A DNA stretch of 64,000 nt, taken from IMG/VR virus record IMGVR_UViG_3300032236_001082, positions 1-64,000 of that record, one strand, 5' to 3'. The position numbers and the translations under genes are program-made. Numbering within the stretch: the first letter of the stretch is position 1; the number at the start of each line of letters is the position of its first letter. This document shows positions 28,702 to 36,822 of this stretch, one piece after another. The DNA comes from a virus. The notes under the pieces were generated by a model, which saw only the letters and a program-made list of their open reading frames with translations, searched no databases and was not told the DNA's origin.

Positions 28702-28890
28702 ATGAGCGACGAACAGATACAAGCATTTCAAGAAATGATTGCAGGCATCTATATTCAGCAATTAAGAATATACGATTTGCTAGCTACATTAGTAACTTTG
28801 CAGAATCCAGGCAGAATGGATGAATTAGAAAAGTTGCACACACAAGGAAAAGTTTTAGCTCCAGATCCAGCATTGACAATTGAAAATTGA
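28702..28890 (+). CDS. Hypothetical protein
   Basis: 62 aa, coupled to upstream stop. Confidence 0.55.
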   Translation: MSDEQIQAFQEMIAGIYIQQLRIYDLLATLVTLQNPGRMDELEKLHTQGKVLAPDPALTIEN

Positions 28891-29203
28891 TATAATAGAG
28901 TTATATGGGATACAACCTATGACTCCGCAAGAAATTCGGAAACGAATAGATAAAATTAAAATGACCGCAGGTTGCGAGATTTGTGGATATAACTCTCATC
29001 CAGCAGCGTTATCGTTTGATCATTTTAATCCAGAAAACAAGTATAAAACCAAATCGGGTAAAAAGGTACATGTCGCAGACATGGTTAAGGGCGGGAGATA
29101 CGCATGGAAAACAATCGCAGAGGAAATACAGAAATGCAGAGTGTTATGCATGAACTGTCACATGGAAGTAACGCACCCAAGAGCAGACTTAAAACAGACA
29201 TAA
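28880..29203 (+). CDS. HNH endonuclease (true start possibly 28919)
   Basis: GCEICGY..HP.AL.FDH...EI.KC.VLCMNCH. Confidence 0.85.
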   Translation: MKIDIIELYGIQPMTPQEIRKRIDKIKMTAGCEICGYNSHPAALSFDHFNPENKYKTKSGKKVHVADMVKGGRYAWKTIAEEIQKCRVLCMNCHMEVTHPRADLKQT

Positions 29204-29451
29204 CTTTATTTGCTATTTTAGTTCCACTAGGAATTTTCTTGCCATCTAACTATATTCAAGCATTAGGTGCAGTTACAACTATAGTATTTTTAATTCGTAA
29301 TTGGTCATTTAATCGCAAAATGAGTGAGCCGAAAAGTAAAAACCTCGATTATAACGATATAGACCGTAGCAAGGCTATGTTGGCAACTATGGGTACAAGC
29401 AGAATTGAAAGAGATAAGTTGCAAAATATTATGCTAACGAGAAGGATGTAA
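29104..29451 (+). CDS. Small membrane protein (start uncertain)
   Basis: Two hydrophobic segments; stop overlaps next ATG. Confidence 0.45.
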   Translation: MENNRRGNTEMQSVMHELSHGSNAPKSRLKTDITLFAILVPLGIFLPSNYIQALGAVTTIVFLIRNWSFNRKMSEPKSKNLDYNDIDRSKAMLATMGTSRIERDKLQNIMLTRRM

Positions 29452-30002
29452 TGTCAGAATTTTGGGAAGGGCTAACCGATACAGATGAAGCCCTAGATGC
29501 TATCCTTACAGGATATACGGGCGATGCAATCAATATGCCCATTTATAACGAAGTAGTAGATCAATTACGACATGCAGGATCTATATTAGATTTTGGATGC
29601 GGGGCGGGGCGTAATTTAAAGTACCTCATTGATCAGTATGAAGTCGTATATGGATATGATTATCCTAATATGCTTAAGTTTATACCAGATGAAACACGTG
29701 CAGCAAAGAATCTCATATTGCTGGATAATTTAGATAAGGTCTTATTGCGTAATTATGATGAAGTATTATGCTCATTGGTTCTGCAGCATATACATCCTGA
29801 TGAGCTGCATGAAATTTTAGGAGAGCTGTCGTTACACTCCCGCCGATTTATTATTCATTCAAGAACATGGGTAGATTTTACCGAAGAAGACATTATGCCT
29901 ATCTTGGAAAAATACTTTAAGGTTGATACAATAGAGTATCAGAAAGATCCTAATTCTGATGAGAATGATCATTTTATAGGAACGTTTTTACCTAGGAGTT
30001 AA
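29451..30002 (+). CDS. Class I SAM-dependent methyltransferase
   Basis: ILDFGCGAGR motif I, YGYD, VLQHI. Confidence 0.85.
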   Translation: MSEFWEGLTDTDEALDAILTGYTGDAINMPIYNEVVDQLRHAGSILDFGCGAGRNLKYLIDQYEVVYGYDYPNMLKFIPDETRAAKNLILLDNLDKVLLRNYDEVLCSLVLQHIHPDELHEILGELSLHSRRFIIHSRTWVDFTEEDIMPILEKYFKVDTIEYQKDPNSDENDHFIGTFLPRS

Positions 30003-30003
30003 T

Positions 30004-30174
30004 ATGGCAAGAGATCACTTCGCTAAACATATGATGAGTCCTCATTTTCATGGATATCAACATACTCGTCATTCTGATGGTGCTAGACCAGATCTAGATA
30101 TGGAAGCTAAAATTGAAGGTTTCTTAAAACGCATTATATGCACCCTAACGTTTCATAAATTCTTTAAGAGCTGA
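30004..30174 (+). CDS. Small His-rich hypothetical protein (56 aa)
   Basis: Read manually: AGGAG RBS, MARDHFAKHMMSPHFHG... Confidence 0.5.
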   Translation: MARDHFAKHMMSPHFHGYQHTRHSDGARPDLDMEAKIEGFLKRIICTLTFHKFFKS

Positions 30175-30289
30175 GAGATAACTCTTTAATCTTTTGTATA
30201 CATGGTAGACAATACCTTGCTTGTTCCCGCTCTTTTAATATTACATATTTAGCTACGTTAATACAATTCTCTGTTGTGCAAGTATTCAT
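30164..30289 (-). CDS. Small putative Zn-finger protein (41 aa), leaderless
   Basis: MNTCTTENC...YCLPC; TGTTATAAT ends 6 nt before the ATG. Confidence 0.4.
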   Translation of the reverse strand: MNTCTTENCINVAKYVILKEREQARYCLPCIQKIKELSLSS

Positions 30290-30439
30290 TGCATTATTAT
30301 AACATAACACAAATGTACCCCACCCGTCGTATTTCATATTGGAAAAATGTTAATAATTTTTTTTAGTGTATGATCCACGTTTTAAAACGCAAAATAAAAA
30401 AACATAGTGTGCCCATAATGTCCGATTTGTACCCATATT

Positions 30440-30455
30440 TGTGACCTATCTCACA
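30440..30455. promoter_or_regulatory. CRP/GlxR-type box
   Basis: TGTGA-CCTATC-TCACA, flanked by 16-nt direct repeat AATGTCCGATTTGTAC (30417, 30470). Confidence 0.7.
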
Positions 30456-30496
30456 AAAAAACTTTTTAAAATGTCCGATTTGTACGCATTTCTAAC

Positions 30497-30525
30497 TTGA
30501 AAATGTCAGACCCCTATGCTAGGAT
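30497..30525 (+). promoter_or_regulatory. Early promoter with -35 and PafBC-type -26 element
   Basis: TTGAAA-N17-TAGGAT containing TGTCAG-N10-TAGGAT. Confidence 0.75.
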
Positions 30526-30561
30526 TATCTTATTAGATAAACAAAAGAAAGGACATAAATT

Positions 30562-30738
30562 ATGTCACTGTATGATAGAAGAGGGTTCGCTACTGTTAGC
30601 GATTATCCTAGAGGTTTAATGAATCTCTGCGTATGTGGTCAGGTAGTCTTGGCTCCCGCCACTGTTCACGAGTCTTGCGAGTGGTGTGAGTCACACAATG
30701 ACTACCGCTCAAAGTGTGGTGTAAATCACACAGCCTAG
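30562..30738 (+). CDS. Small Cys/His-rich early protein (58 aa)
   Basis: Read manually: AGAAAGGA RBS; MSLYDRRGFATVSDYPRGLMNLCVCGQ... Confidence 0.6.
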   Translation: MSLYDRRGFATVSDYPRGLMNLCVCGQVVLAPATVHESCEWCESHNDYRSKCGVNHTA

Positions 30739-30780
30739 ACGGCGTGTCGAGTTGATTTCCTAGCAATAGTATGCTAGTAT
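30715..30780 (+). promoter_or_regulatory. Early promoter: CRP-like box, GGCGTGTCG box, TTGATT-N17-TAGTAT
   Basis: TGTGG-N6-TCACA 30715-30730; GGCGTGTCG 30741-30749; -35 at 30752, extended -10 at 30775. Confidence 0.7.
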
Positions 30781-30807
30781 TCTACTATAAAATTAAATAA
30801 AGAAAAT

Positions 30808-30881
30808 CCTAGTTGAGCCTCTGAGCCTTAGCAAATAATCCGAAAGGTGAGCCTAAGCAAATAAGAGCAAATAACACTAGG
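30808..30881 (+). ncRNA. Candidate structured leader RNA with three TGAGCCT / GCAAATAA modules
   Basis: Closing stem CCTAGT/ACTAGG; internal CC-GAAA-GG hairpin; lies between promoter and RBS. Confidence 0.5.
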
Positions 30882-30933
30882 CAAGGAAATAGATAACACA
30901 AGGTTATCGAATAAAAAGAAAGGTGGTCTTAAT

Positions 30934-31164
30934 ATGACTACACTAAATAACTACTATGAAGAAATCCGTATGGATATCGCTAAAGACTTTGGCTTAGAGG
31001 CTGGTGGATATGCTCCACGCCCTGCTATGCTACCTATCCGTATCGCTCAGCGTATTAACGCTAAGTATCCTGCTAGTGGCTCTAGTCGCTATGATATGGT
31101 TATCAACCCTAAAGCGGTTGTAATCGCTAAGCGTTATATGTCCCTATTCGGAGGTGCTAAGTAA
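30934..31164 (+). CDS. Early hypothetical protein
   Basis: AGAAAGGTGG RBS; 76 aa. Confidence 0.7.
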   Translation: MTTLNNYYEEIRMDIAKDFGLEAGGYAPRPAMLPIRIAQRINAKYPASGSSRYDMVINPKAVVIAKRYMSLFGGAK

Positions 31165-31277
31165 TGATTATCCTTACTTATGTAGTGCGTACTCTAATGC
31201 TACTTGCCTTCCCGCCCCTATGTATGCTACTATGGGCTATGTATCAAGACTTTAAAACTTTAGGAAAGGATAACTAA
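31164..31277 (+). CDS. Small membrane peptide (37 aa)
   Basis: TAATG coupling at both ends; MIILTYVVRTLMLLAFPPLCMLLWAM. Confidence 0.5.
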   Translation: MIILTYVVRTLMLLAFPPLCMLLWAMYQDFKTLGKDN

Positions 31278-31450
31278 TGACTATGACATATTCTTGGGAA
31301 AAACAATATAACCCTTGGGACACCGAGCCCGATGTATATGACTCAGTTCTAGAAGAAGAACTAGAGAACGCTAAGGTAGCGGATGAAATCTCTATCGAAG
31401 ATATAGATACAGATTCAGAAATCGAGTTTGATGAGGAGTTCGACCTATAA
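31277..31450 (+). CDS. Highly acidic small protein (57 aa)
   Basis: Read manually; GGAAAGGA RBS; 21 D/E versus 2 K. Confidence 0.6.
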   Translation: MTMTYSWEKQYNPWDTEPDVYDSVLEEELENAKVADEISIEDIDTDSEIEFDEEFDL

Positions 31451-31632
31451 TGATGAGCCGTAAAGACTATGTAATCGTAGCGGATATCTTAGCAGATAAT
31501 CGCAATTCAATGGATCGAGAAACTTTTGAAAATCTTGTAGCAGATTTTTCAGATTTCTTTTTTCAAGATAATAAAAACTTCTCGCCAAATCGTTTTGAAT
31601 TAGCGTGTTACGCAGAAACTTCAAACGTGTAA
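31450..31632 (+). CDS. Early hypothetical protein
   Basis: MSRKDYV..A..L...DN..F...RF..AC, a common phage small-protein pattern. Confidence 0.7.
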   Translation: MMSRKDYVIVADILADNRNSMDRETFENLVADFSDFFFQDNKNFSPNRFELACYAETSNV

Positions 31633-31635
31633 AAT

Positions 31636-31667
31636 AAAAAGCGGGGCTTGCAAAAGCTCCGTTTTTT
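31636..31667 (+). terminator. Intrinsic terminator
   Basis: GCGGGGCTT-GCAA-AAGCTCCGT followed by a T-tract. Confidence 0.75.
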
Positions 31668-31871
31668 GGCGCGGGCGATGTCCAAAATGTCCGATTTATC
31701 CTGTGGCGTACTTCACAAAGCCCACGCTCCAAATAGTGAGACTACTCCCTAGTATACTAGACAGTAGCACTTTTTTCTGTTATAATTCCATTATACAAAA
31801 TTAAATAAATATAAAAAATATTGGCAACACACGGCGTGTCGCCTTGATTTTCCAGCAGTTATCTGCTAGAA
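31668..31871 (+). promoter_or_regulatory. Composite regulatory block with tandem promoters
   Basis: GGCGCGGG, TGTCC-N4-TGTCCG, TGTGG-N6-TCACA (31702), TGTTATAAT, GGCGTGTCG (31833), TTGATT-N17-TAGAAT. Confidence 0.65.
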
Positions 31872-31908
31872 TACTCAGTATTAGATTAAATAAAGAAAGG
31901 TGGTCAAA

Positions 31909-32100
31909 ATGACTACACTAACAAAAACAAATATCCATACCCATAAGCCTCACCTAGAGGCTATCTCGTCTATCGTTCACGATTCTGAATTCGTAGACCA
32001 ATACACTTTCTGTGAAGATTGTGAACAAAATATTGACCGATTCTCGTTCTATGATGATGACCGAGGAATTGTCTGGTCAAAATGGTCAATAACTAAATAA
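31909..32100 (+). CDS. Early protein with CxxC motif
   Basis: AGAAAGGTGG RBS, MTTL start as in 30934; FCEDCEQNI. Confidence 0.65.
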   Translation: MTTLTKTNIHTHKPHLEAISSIVHDSEFVDQYTFCEDCEQNIDRFSFYDDDRGIVWSKWSITK

Positions 32101-32114
32101 AGAAAGGGGCTATT

Positions 32115-32276
32115 ATGTCCACTATGATAAATGAAATCTGTGTAGGCTGTGGCAAAGTAATGGGTCAAGTATCCATCTATGACGCTCAATTTATCTCAGA
32201 TCCCACCTGCTGGGATTGTGCTGATGAGGCACTATATGCTGAATATCTAAATCAATTGGCAGATATGGCTGACTAA
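32115..32276 (+). CDS. Small Zn-ribbon protein (53 aa)
   Basis: Read manually: CVGC...CWDC; AGAAAGGGG RBS. Confidence 0.6.
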   Translation: MSTMINEICVGCGKVMGQVSIYDAQFISDPTCWDCADEALYAEYLNQLADMAD

Positions 32277-32277
32277 A

Positions 32278-32299
32278 TGTCAGTGGTACCTGCTACAAT
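32278..32299 (+). promoter_or_regulatory. PafBC/RecA-NDp-type promoter
   Basis: TGTCAG-N10-TACAAT. Confidence 0.75.
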
Positions 32300-32333
32300 A
32301 TAACCCTCAAACCCGATAGAAAGAAGAAAACAA

Positions 32334-32591
32334 ATGACAGTACAACATAACTTAGAAACCTCAAACTGGTTGGCATTCCCGTTCGAAGTTGACGGCATTA
32401 ATTATGTCTCAAAAATCAAGCCTGATTCTGCTATGGCTAAGCGTGTGGCAGGTGTGCCTGCTACAGTATTCGTCTCGCTTAACGCTGATTGTGTTCGTGA
32501 ACTTATTGGCAAGGCAACTCGTGAAGAGGCTCTCTCTAAACTAGAATTTATCAACGCAGGTGCTAGTGAAGCCGTTATCGAAATTGTCTGA
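32334..32591 (+). CDS. Early hypothetical protein
   Basis: 85 aa ORF after promoter and purine-rich RBS. Confidence 0.7.
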   Translation: MTVQHNLETSNWLAFPFEVDGINYVSKIKPDSAMAKRVAGVPATVFVSLNADCVRELIGKATREEALSKLEFINAGASEAVIEIV

Positions 32592-32698
32592 GCAAGTTAG
32601 AAGAGTCCAAGAGTTGAGGCGTAGTAATGCGTCTCAACCTCTTAGGAATAAAAAGAAATATACCCGTAAACAAAAACACAAGAAAGCAGAATACTAAT

Positions 32699-32956
32699 AT
32701 GTCAAATATCTCTACCGCCCTCGAAATTCAACAAGCATGCACTCAGTCAGTCTTTAATGATGAAAATCTAATTATTGCTGCCGAAATTGCAAACGCTACA
32801 GATTTTAATCCTGAAGTGATGGCTTTGCTCCTTAAGTACTCCGCAAGTTTAACGGCGGACGTTGCAACTCGTGTAACAACAATTTTAATGCCTCATGATG
32901 AAATCCAAGCAATGATTTCAGAATTGCAAGAAGTGGAGGCATTCGATGTCAACTAA
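32699..32956 (+). CDS. Early hypothetical protein
   Basis: Start 32699 preferred (RBS present; the upstream extension covers a hairpin). Confidence 0.6.
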   Translation: MSNISTALEIQQACTQSVFNDENLIIAAEIANATDFNPEVMALLLKYSASLTADVATRVTTILMPHDEIQAMISELQEVEAFDVN

Positions 32957-33131
32957 TGTGCACACTGAATTGATCCAAAATGCATTAGGTGTCACGGAAG
33001 ACGTGGCCCTACGTGTACAGGATGAGATTAACACTTATTATAATTTAGATTGGTCCGAAGCAACTCCTGCAGAGATTAATTTTATTTCGCATGCAGCTTT
33101 TGAAAGCTTGAATGTAACGCATCAATTTTAA
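32946..33131 (+). CDS. Early hypothetical protein
   Basis: GGAGG RBS; LDWSEAT motif. Confidence 0.6.
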   Translation: MSTNVHTELIQNALGVTEDVALRVQDEINTYYNLDWSEATPAEINFISHAAFESLNVTHQF

Positions 33132-33185
33132 TTGCGACGGGTAGAGAGATGACGGTGGGTCCAGGGGTGGGCCCACCGTTCTACA

Positions 33186-33318
33186 CGACACGCCCGAGTG
33201 GGCGCGGGCTGTCCGAAATGTCCGTTTTGTCTGTGAGGTTTATCACACAGTTTGAGCGTCTCAAAATATGAAATTACTGGCTAGTAAGTAGAATAATGTC
33301 AGTGCCTTACGATATAAT
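33186..33318 (+). promoter_or_regulatory. Composite regulatory block ending in PafBC-type promoter
   Basis: CGACACGCC, GGCGCGGG, TGTCC-N4-TGTCCG, TGTGA-N6-TCACA (33232), TGTCAG-N10-TATAAT (33297). Confidence 0.75.
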
Positions 33319-33353
33319 ATCCGTATTAAGCAAAAAGAAAGAAGGTAGTCACT

Positions 33354-33575
33354 ATGGCTAATCTATATAATATCGAGTCCCTACTAATTGGTAAATCTTA
33401 CTACTCAGTTAATCGTAAAGGTTTAAGTGGAATTATCCAAGATGCTGAAAAGCGTTCAGATGTCTATTTCGACAAAGCAGATGCTTATTTAGTTCGTGTT
33501 CGCCCCGTATATAAAGGCGACGGGATTTTCCGTAACGATTTCTACGCAACAGTAGCAGTTCAGGTAGGTGAATAA
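33354..33575 (+). CDS. Early hypothetical protein (small beta-barrel-like)
   Basis: 73 aa, GAAGG RBS. Confidence 0.65.
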   Translation: MANLYNIESLLIGKSYYSVNRKGLSGIIQDAEKRSDVYFDKADAYLVRVRPVYKGDGIFRNDFYATVAVQVGE

Positions 33576-33691
33576 TGCTTAAAGAAATATTTATATGCGA
33601 TAATTGCGATACTCTCGCCACAGTGTCAGTGGTATCTGATACAATAACTATCTCACAATGTCAATGCCTTACCTTAGATTGGAATAACTAA
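33575..33691 (+). CDS. Small Cys-rich peptide (38 aa) with embedded PafBC-type promoter
   Basis: MLKEIFICDNCDTLATVSVVSDTITISQCQC...; TAATG coupling at both ends; TGTCAG-N10-TACAAT at 33624-33645. Confidence 0.5.
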   Translation: MLKEIFICDNCDTLATVSVVSDTITISQCQCLTLDWNN

Positions 33692-33906
33692 TGACTAACT
33701 ATAAAATCACAGTAACCTATGACTCTAATCCCGCTCCAGACTTTAGTTTCCAATACTCAGATGAACTACAAGCACACAAAGAGTTTGCTAAGTTTATTGA
33801 CTGGGGATTTGCTGACGAATACTCAACAGTTAATCTATACACGCCAACAGGCAAGTGTTATACTAAAATATTTTATCGTGAAGGAAGAAAGGTAGTGGAG
33901 AAATAA
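33691..33906 (+). CDS. Early hypothetical protein
   Basis: 71 aa, coupled. Confidence 0.65.
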   Translation: MTNYKITVTYDSNPAPDFSFQYSDELQAHKEFAKFIDWGFADEYSTVNLYTPTGKCYTKIFYREGRKVVEK

Positions 33907-34121
33907 TGGCTAAGCACCCACCCGTAGGATCAGCTAACTGGCATAATCTATTTATAGATGAGAAAGTGTCTGTATATCAAGATGGTAACGATGACATATT
34001 TTATAAGGTAGTTATCAAGGGTTCCCGCCCTAAGTATTTCTACAATGAAACAGCCCATAGCGATGTCTCTCGCTATTGCGCTGATGAACTGGGCATAAGT
34101 TACTGGTCAGTACTAAACTAA
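33906..34121 (+). CDS. Early hypothetical protein
   Basis: 71 aa, coupled; KYFYNETAHSDV.RY. Confidence 0.65.
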   Translation: MAKHPPVGSANWHNLFIDEKVSVYQDGNDDIFYKVVIKGSRPKYFYNETAHSDVSRYCADELGISYWSVLN

Positions 34122-34133
34122 ATAGAATTGTCG

Positions 34134-34200
34134 TGTGAGGTAAATCACACACGACACGCCCATAGTGGGTTGGACAAAGGTTGGCTCACTATGGTAAAAT
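34134..34200 (+). promoter_or_regulatory. Promoter with CRP box and CGACACGCC box
   Basis: TGTGA-GGTAAA-TCACA; CGACACGCC 34152; TGGACA-N18-TAAAAT. Confidence 0.7.
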
Positions 34201-34233
34201 ACCACCTATAACAACAACAGAAAAGGAAACAAA

Positions 34234-34404
34234 ATGACCGATACAACAGCAAAGAAGACCTACGCAGTAGGCGACCTATTCACCACTCAGAAGTCAGGTG
34301 TAACAGGCACTATCAAGGAAATCAACCCTATCAGCGCAAGCACAACCCGTGTTTTGCTTGATGTAAATGGTGAAGACCGCTGGACAACAGCAGTATTTAA
34401 CTAA
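34234..34404 (+). CDS. Small SH3/KOW-like protein (56 aa), paralog of 35009..35179
   Basis: Read manually: Y.VGDLFTTQKSGVTGTI...TRV.L. Confidence 0.7.
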   Translation: MTDTTAKKTYAVGDLFTTQKSGVTGTIKEINPISASTTRVLLDVNGEDRWTTAVFN

Positions 34405-34430
34405 TTATTAAATCGGCTACCCCTCACCAA

Positions 34431-34452
34431 TGTCGGTGGGGGGTGCTATAAT
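34431..34452 (+). promoter_or_regulatory. PafBC/RecA-NDp-type promoter
   Basis: TGTCGG-N10-TATAAT. Confidence 0.78.
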
Positions 34453-34492
34453 AACTCTCTCAAACCAACCCGAATAGAAAGAAGAAAAATAA

Positions 34493-34909
34493 ATGGCTCG
34501 TAGTATCACAGTAAAGGTGGCAACACCAAAGGTAATCGCTGCTCTCGAAGCAAAGTTAGTCCAACTTAAAACCGATAAGGACAACGAAGCAAGCAACGAA
34601 GCAAAGCATCAAGAGGCTCTAAAGAATTGGCGTAAGGAAATTGGCGAGTATGCTATTGCTAATTTTGCTAAGGCTGAAAACCTCCGTACAAATTATCGCT
34701 CTTGGAATAAAACTCTCAATGTAGATTTTGACCTCACAGTAGCAGAAGGTAATTTCCCTGCTGAACCACAGCGTGATTTCACAACTATTCACGACCACAC
34801 TTATCGTGAAATGGTAGAGGAAATTAACAACGCCCTCAACATCTTAAAGATGACCGACGAGGAAACAGTTAATGCTTCTACAATGAAGTCTATCGCTCAG
34901 TATCTCTAA
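34493..34909 (+). CDS. Early hypothetical protein
   Basis: 138 aa; ITVKVAT.KVI.ALE N-terminus. Confidence 0.75.
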   Translation: MARSITVKVATPKVIAALEAKLVQLKTDKDNEASNEAKHQEALKNWRKEIGEYAIANFAKAENLRTNYRSWNKTLNVDFDLTVAEGNFPAEPQRDFTTIHDHTYREMVEEINNALNILKMTDEETVNASTMKSIAQYL

Positions 34910-35008
34910 ATAAATAATCGAAACAGGGGCAGTTTGAGAGTGTTCTCGCCCAATGTCGTAAGTAATAACTCTCACTATAATTAAAAACCCGAACAGAAAG
35001 AAAAAGCA

Positions 35009-35179
35009 ATGACACTACAAGGATACACATATCAAATCGGCGATCTATTCACAACATCTAAAACAGGTGTAACAGGTCGCATCACTAACTTCTCGCCAAT
35101 TAACAACAAGGTAACTCGTGTTTCGTTAAAGCTGGCAAATGGCGCACATCGTTTTGCTATGGTTAAAACAACTAAGTAA
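35009..35179 (+). CDS. Small SH3/KOW-like protein (56 aa), paralog of 34234..34404
   Basis: Read manually: Y.IGDLFTTSKTGVTGRI...TRVSL. Confidence 0.7.
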   Translation: MTLQGYTYQIGDLFTTSKTGVTGRITNFSPINNKVTRVSLKLANGAHRFAMVKTTK

Positions 35180-35345
35180 ATAAATATTGTGTGGGTTCGC
35201 AATGATACCCGAGTAAGAGTGCCGTAGTCGGTACCACCCACACTATTTGCGACACGCCCGAGTGGGCGCGGGCCGCCCGAAATGTCCGTTTTGTAACGAC
35301 TCTCCCATATTGACATAACCCCTACAGATAGGCTATAATTTTCAG

Positions 35346-35447
35346 ATGATAGCAGCCCTAGTATTAGTCCCGCTTGTGATTATTCTCACACCCGCTGTAA
35401 TGCTGCTCGGAATTGTCCTATTTGTGAAGACTCTCCGTATTAAATAG
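35346..35447 (+). CDS. Leaderless hydrophobic peptide (33 aa) containing a CRP box
   Basis: TTGACA-N18-TATAAT (35310-35339) ends 6 nt before the ATG; TGTGA-TTATTC-TCACA at 35375. Confidence 0.4.
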   Translation: MIAALVLVPLVIILTPAVMLLGIVLFVKTLRIK

Positions 35448-35449
35448 AT

Positions 35450-35479
35450 TTGACTAATGTCAGTGGCATATGTTAGAAT
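35450..35479 (+). promoter_or_regulatory. Promoter with -35 and PafBC-type element
   Basis: TTGACT then TGTCAG-N10-TAGAAT. Confidence 0.75.
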
Positions 35480-35508
35480 AAGGCTTCAATAACAGAAAGT
35501 AGGTTCAT

Positions 35509-36540
35509 ATGAACAACACCGCTCATAAATCAGAAGTAGAGAATGGTTCTGTATCATTCGCTCTTGTTGATTCCCGCTCTAATCCTGCATGGCACTCTTA
35601 TGCGAATAAGATTTTTGATGCAGATACAGAAACCCCGACAGTATCAGAAATTATGGATGCTGCTAAACTATCTAATTGGAATGTATCTCTTGAGCCTGTC
35701 TCAGAATTGGTTCCAGATTATACAATGGTAACAGAATCTTATCTTGTTACACGTGACAATCCTTATACAGCAGGACAGAAAGATGTTTTGTCCGTCGTAG
35801 GCTCACGCTACAAGGCTGTACAGAATGAAGATTTGTTTGCGTTTGCACAAAATCTTCACGATTCTAACCCTGATGTCAAAATTGACAGTGCAGGTTCTTT
35901 CAAGAATGGTCGTGTAGTTTATGGCTCTTGGTCAATCCCTAATCAACTTGTGCTTGACCCACAAGGTGCTAACGATGCAACTAATTTGTATCTTGTTGTT
36001 CATACGTCACACGATGGCTCGGTAGCGATTCAAGCAGGAATTACACCTGTGCGTGTTAAGTGCCAGAATACACTTAACTTTGCAATGAAACGTGCTAAGC
36101 AATCTTTCAAGATTCGACACACCGCAACAGTGGATGGAAAAATTGCTGCTGCACGTGAGGCTCTAGGAATGTCGGTTGCGTACTTTGATGAGTTCTCTAA
36201 GCAAGCAAACGAATTGTTTGAGCGTGAGGTTACTAACTCTCAATTCTCAAAAATCATCAACACACTTTATCCTAAGCCTGAGAGTGACTCTAAGGGTGCT
36301 ATCACTAAGTGGGAAAATAAGGTTGTCCTGCTTGATGAGTTGTACCACAACTCTCCTACTAACGCTAATATCAAGGGTACAGCGTGGGGCGTTGTTAATG
36401 CTCTCACCGAACGCCTAGACTATTATCGTACAGCCCGCAAGGGTGGCGAATCACTCGCTTATTCTGCTAGCGGATTTGACCCCGTTATCACAGCAGAAAA
36501 AAATAAAATTGTTAAGCAGGTTCTTTCACTAACCGCTTAA
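35509..36540 (+). CDS. DUF932 / TIGR03299-type phage-plasmid protein
   Basis: PAWH, VVGSRY..VQN...F, SAGS...GR, SHDGS, TPVRV.CQNTL, IRHT, GTAWG..NA.TE..DY. Confidence 0.85.
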   Translation: MNNTAHKSEVENGSVSFALVDSRSNPAWHSYANKIFDADTETPTVSEIMDAAKLSNWNVSLEPVSELVPDYTMVTESYLVTRDNPYTAGQKDVLSVVGSRYKAVQNEDLFAFAQNLHDSNPDVKIDSAGSFKNGRVVYGSWSIPNQLVLDPQGANDATNLYLVVHTSHDGSVAIQAGITPVRVKCQNTLNFAMKRAKQSFKIRHTATVDGKIAAAREALGMSVAYFDEFSKQANELFEREVTNSQFSKIINTLYPKPESDSKGAITKWENKVVLLDELYHNSPTNANIKGTAWGVVNALTERLDYYRTARKGGESLAYSASGFDPVITAEKNKIVKQVLSLTA

Positions 36541-36545
36541 TAAAT

Positions 36546-36577
36546 TGGGAGGGCGAAAGCCCTCCCACTCTTTTTTT
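36546..36577 (+). terminator. Intrinsic terminator
   Basis: TGGGAGGGC-GAAA-GCCCTCCCA followed by a T-tract. Confidence 0.85.
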
Positions 36578-36822
36578 ATTTGGAGGATCATGTCAGCTCG
36601 AATTGTAATATGTAATAAATGTAAAAAAGAAATTGAAGTGCGATCAAAATTTGCACACGACACTTTAAATAATCACTTGACAAAATGCAAATAATTTGGC
36701 GCGGGTAGAGCGGTCATATCTTTTCTAAAAAGTCAATTACGATAGAGGTAAAAATCTCCCTGGAATATAGACAAAACCTGATCATATGTCCAAGCTTTAC
36801 GATCAAACAAGTATATGCTGTA

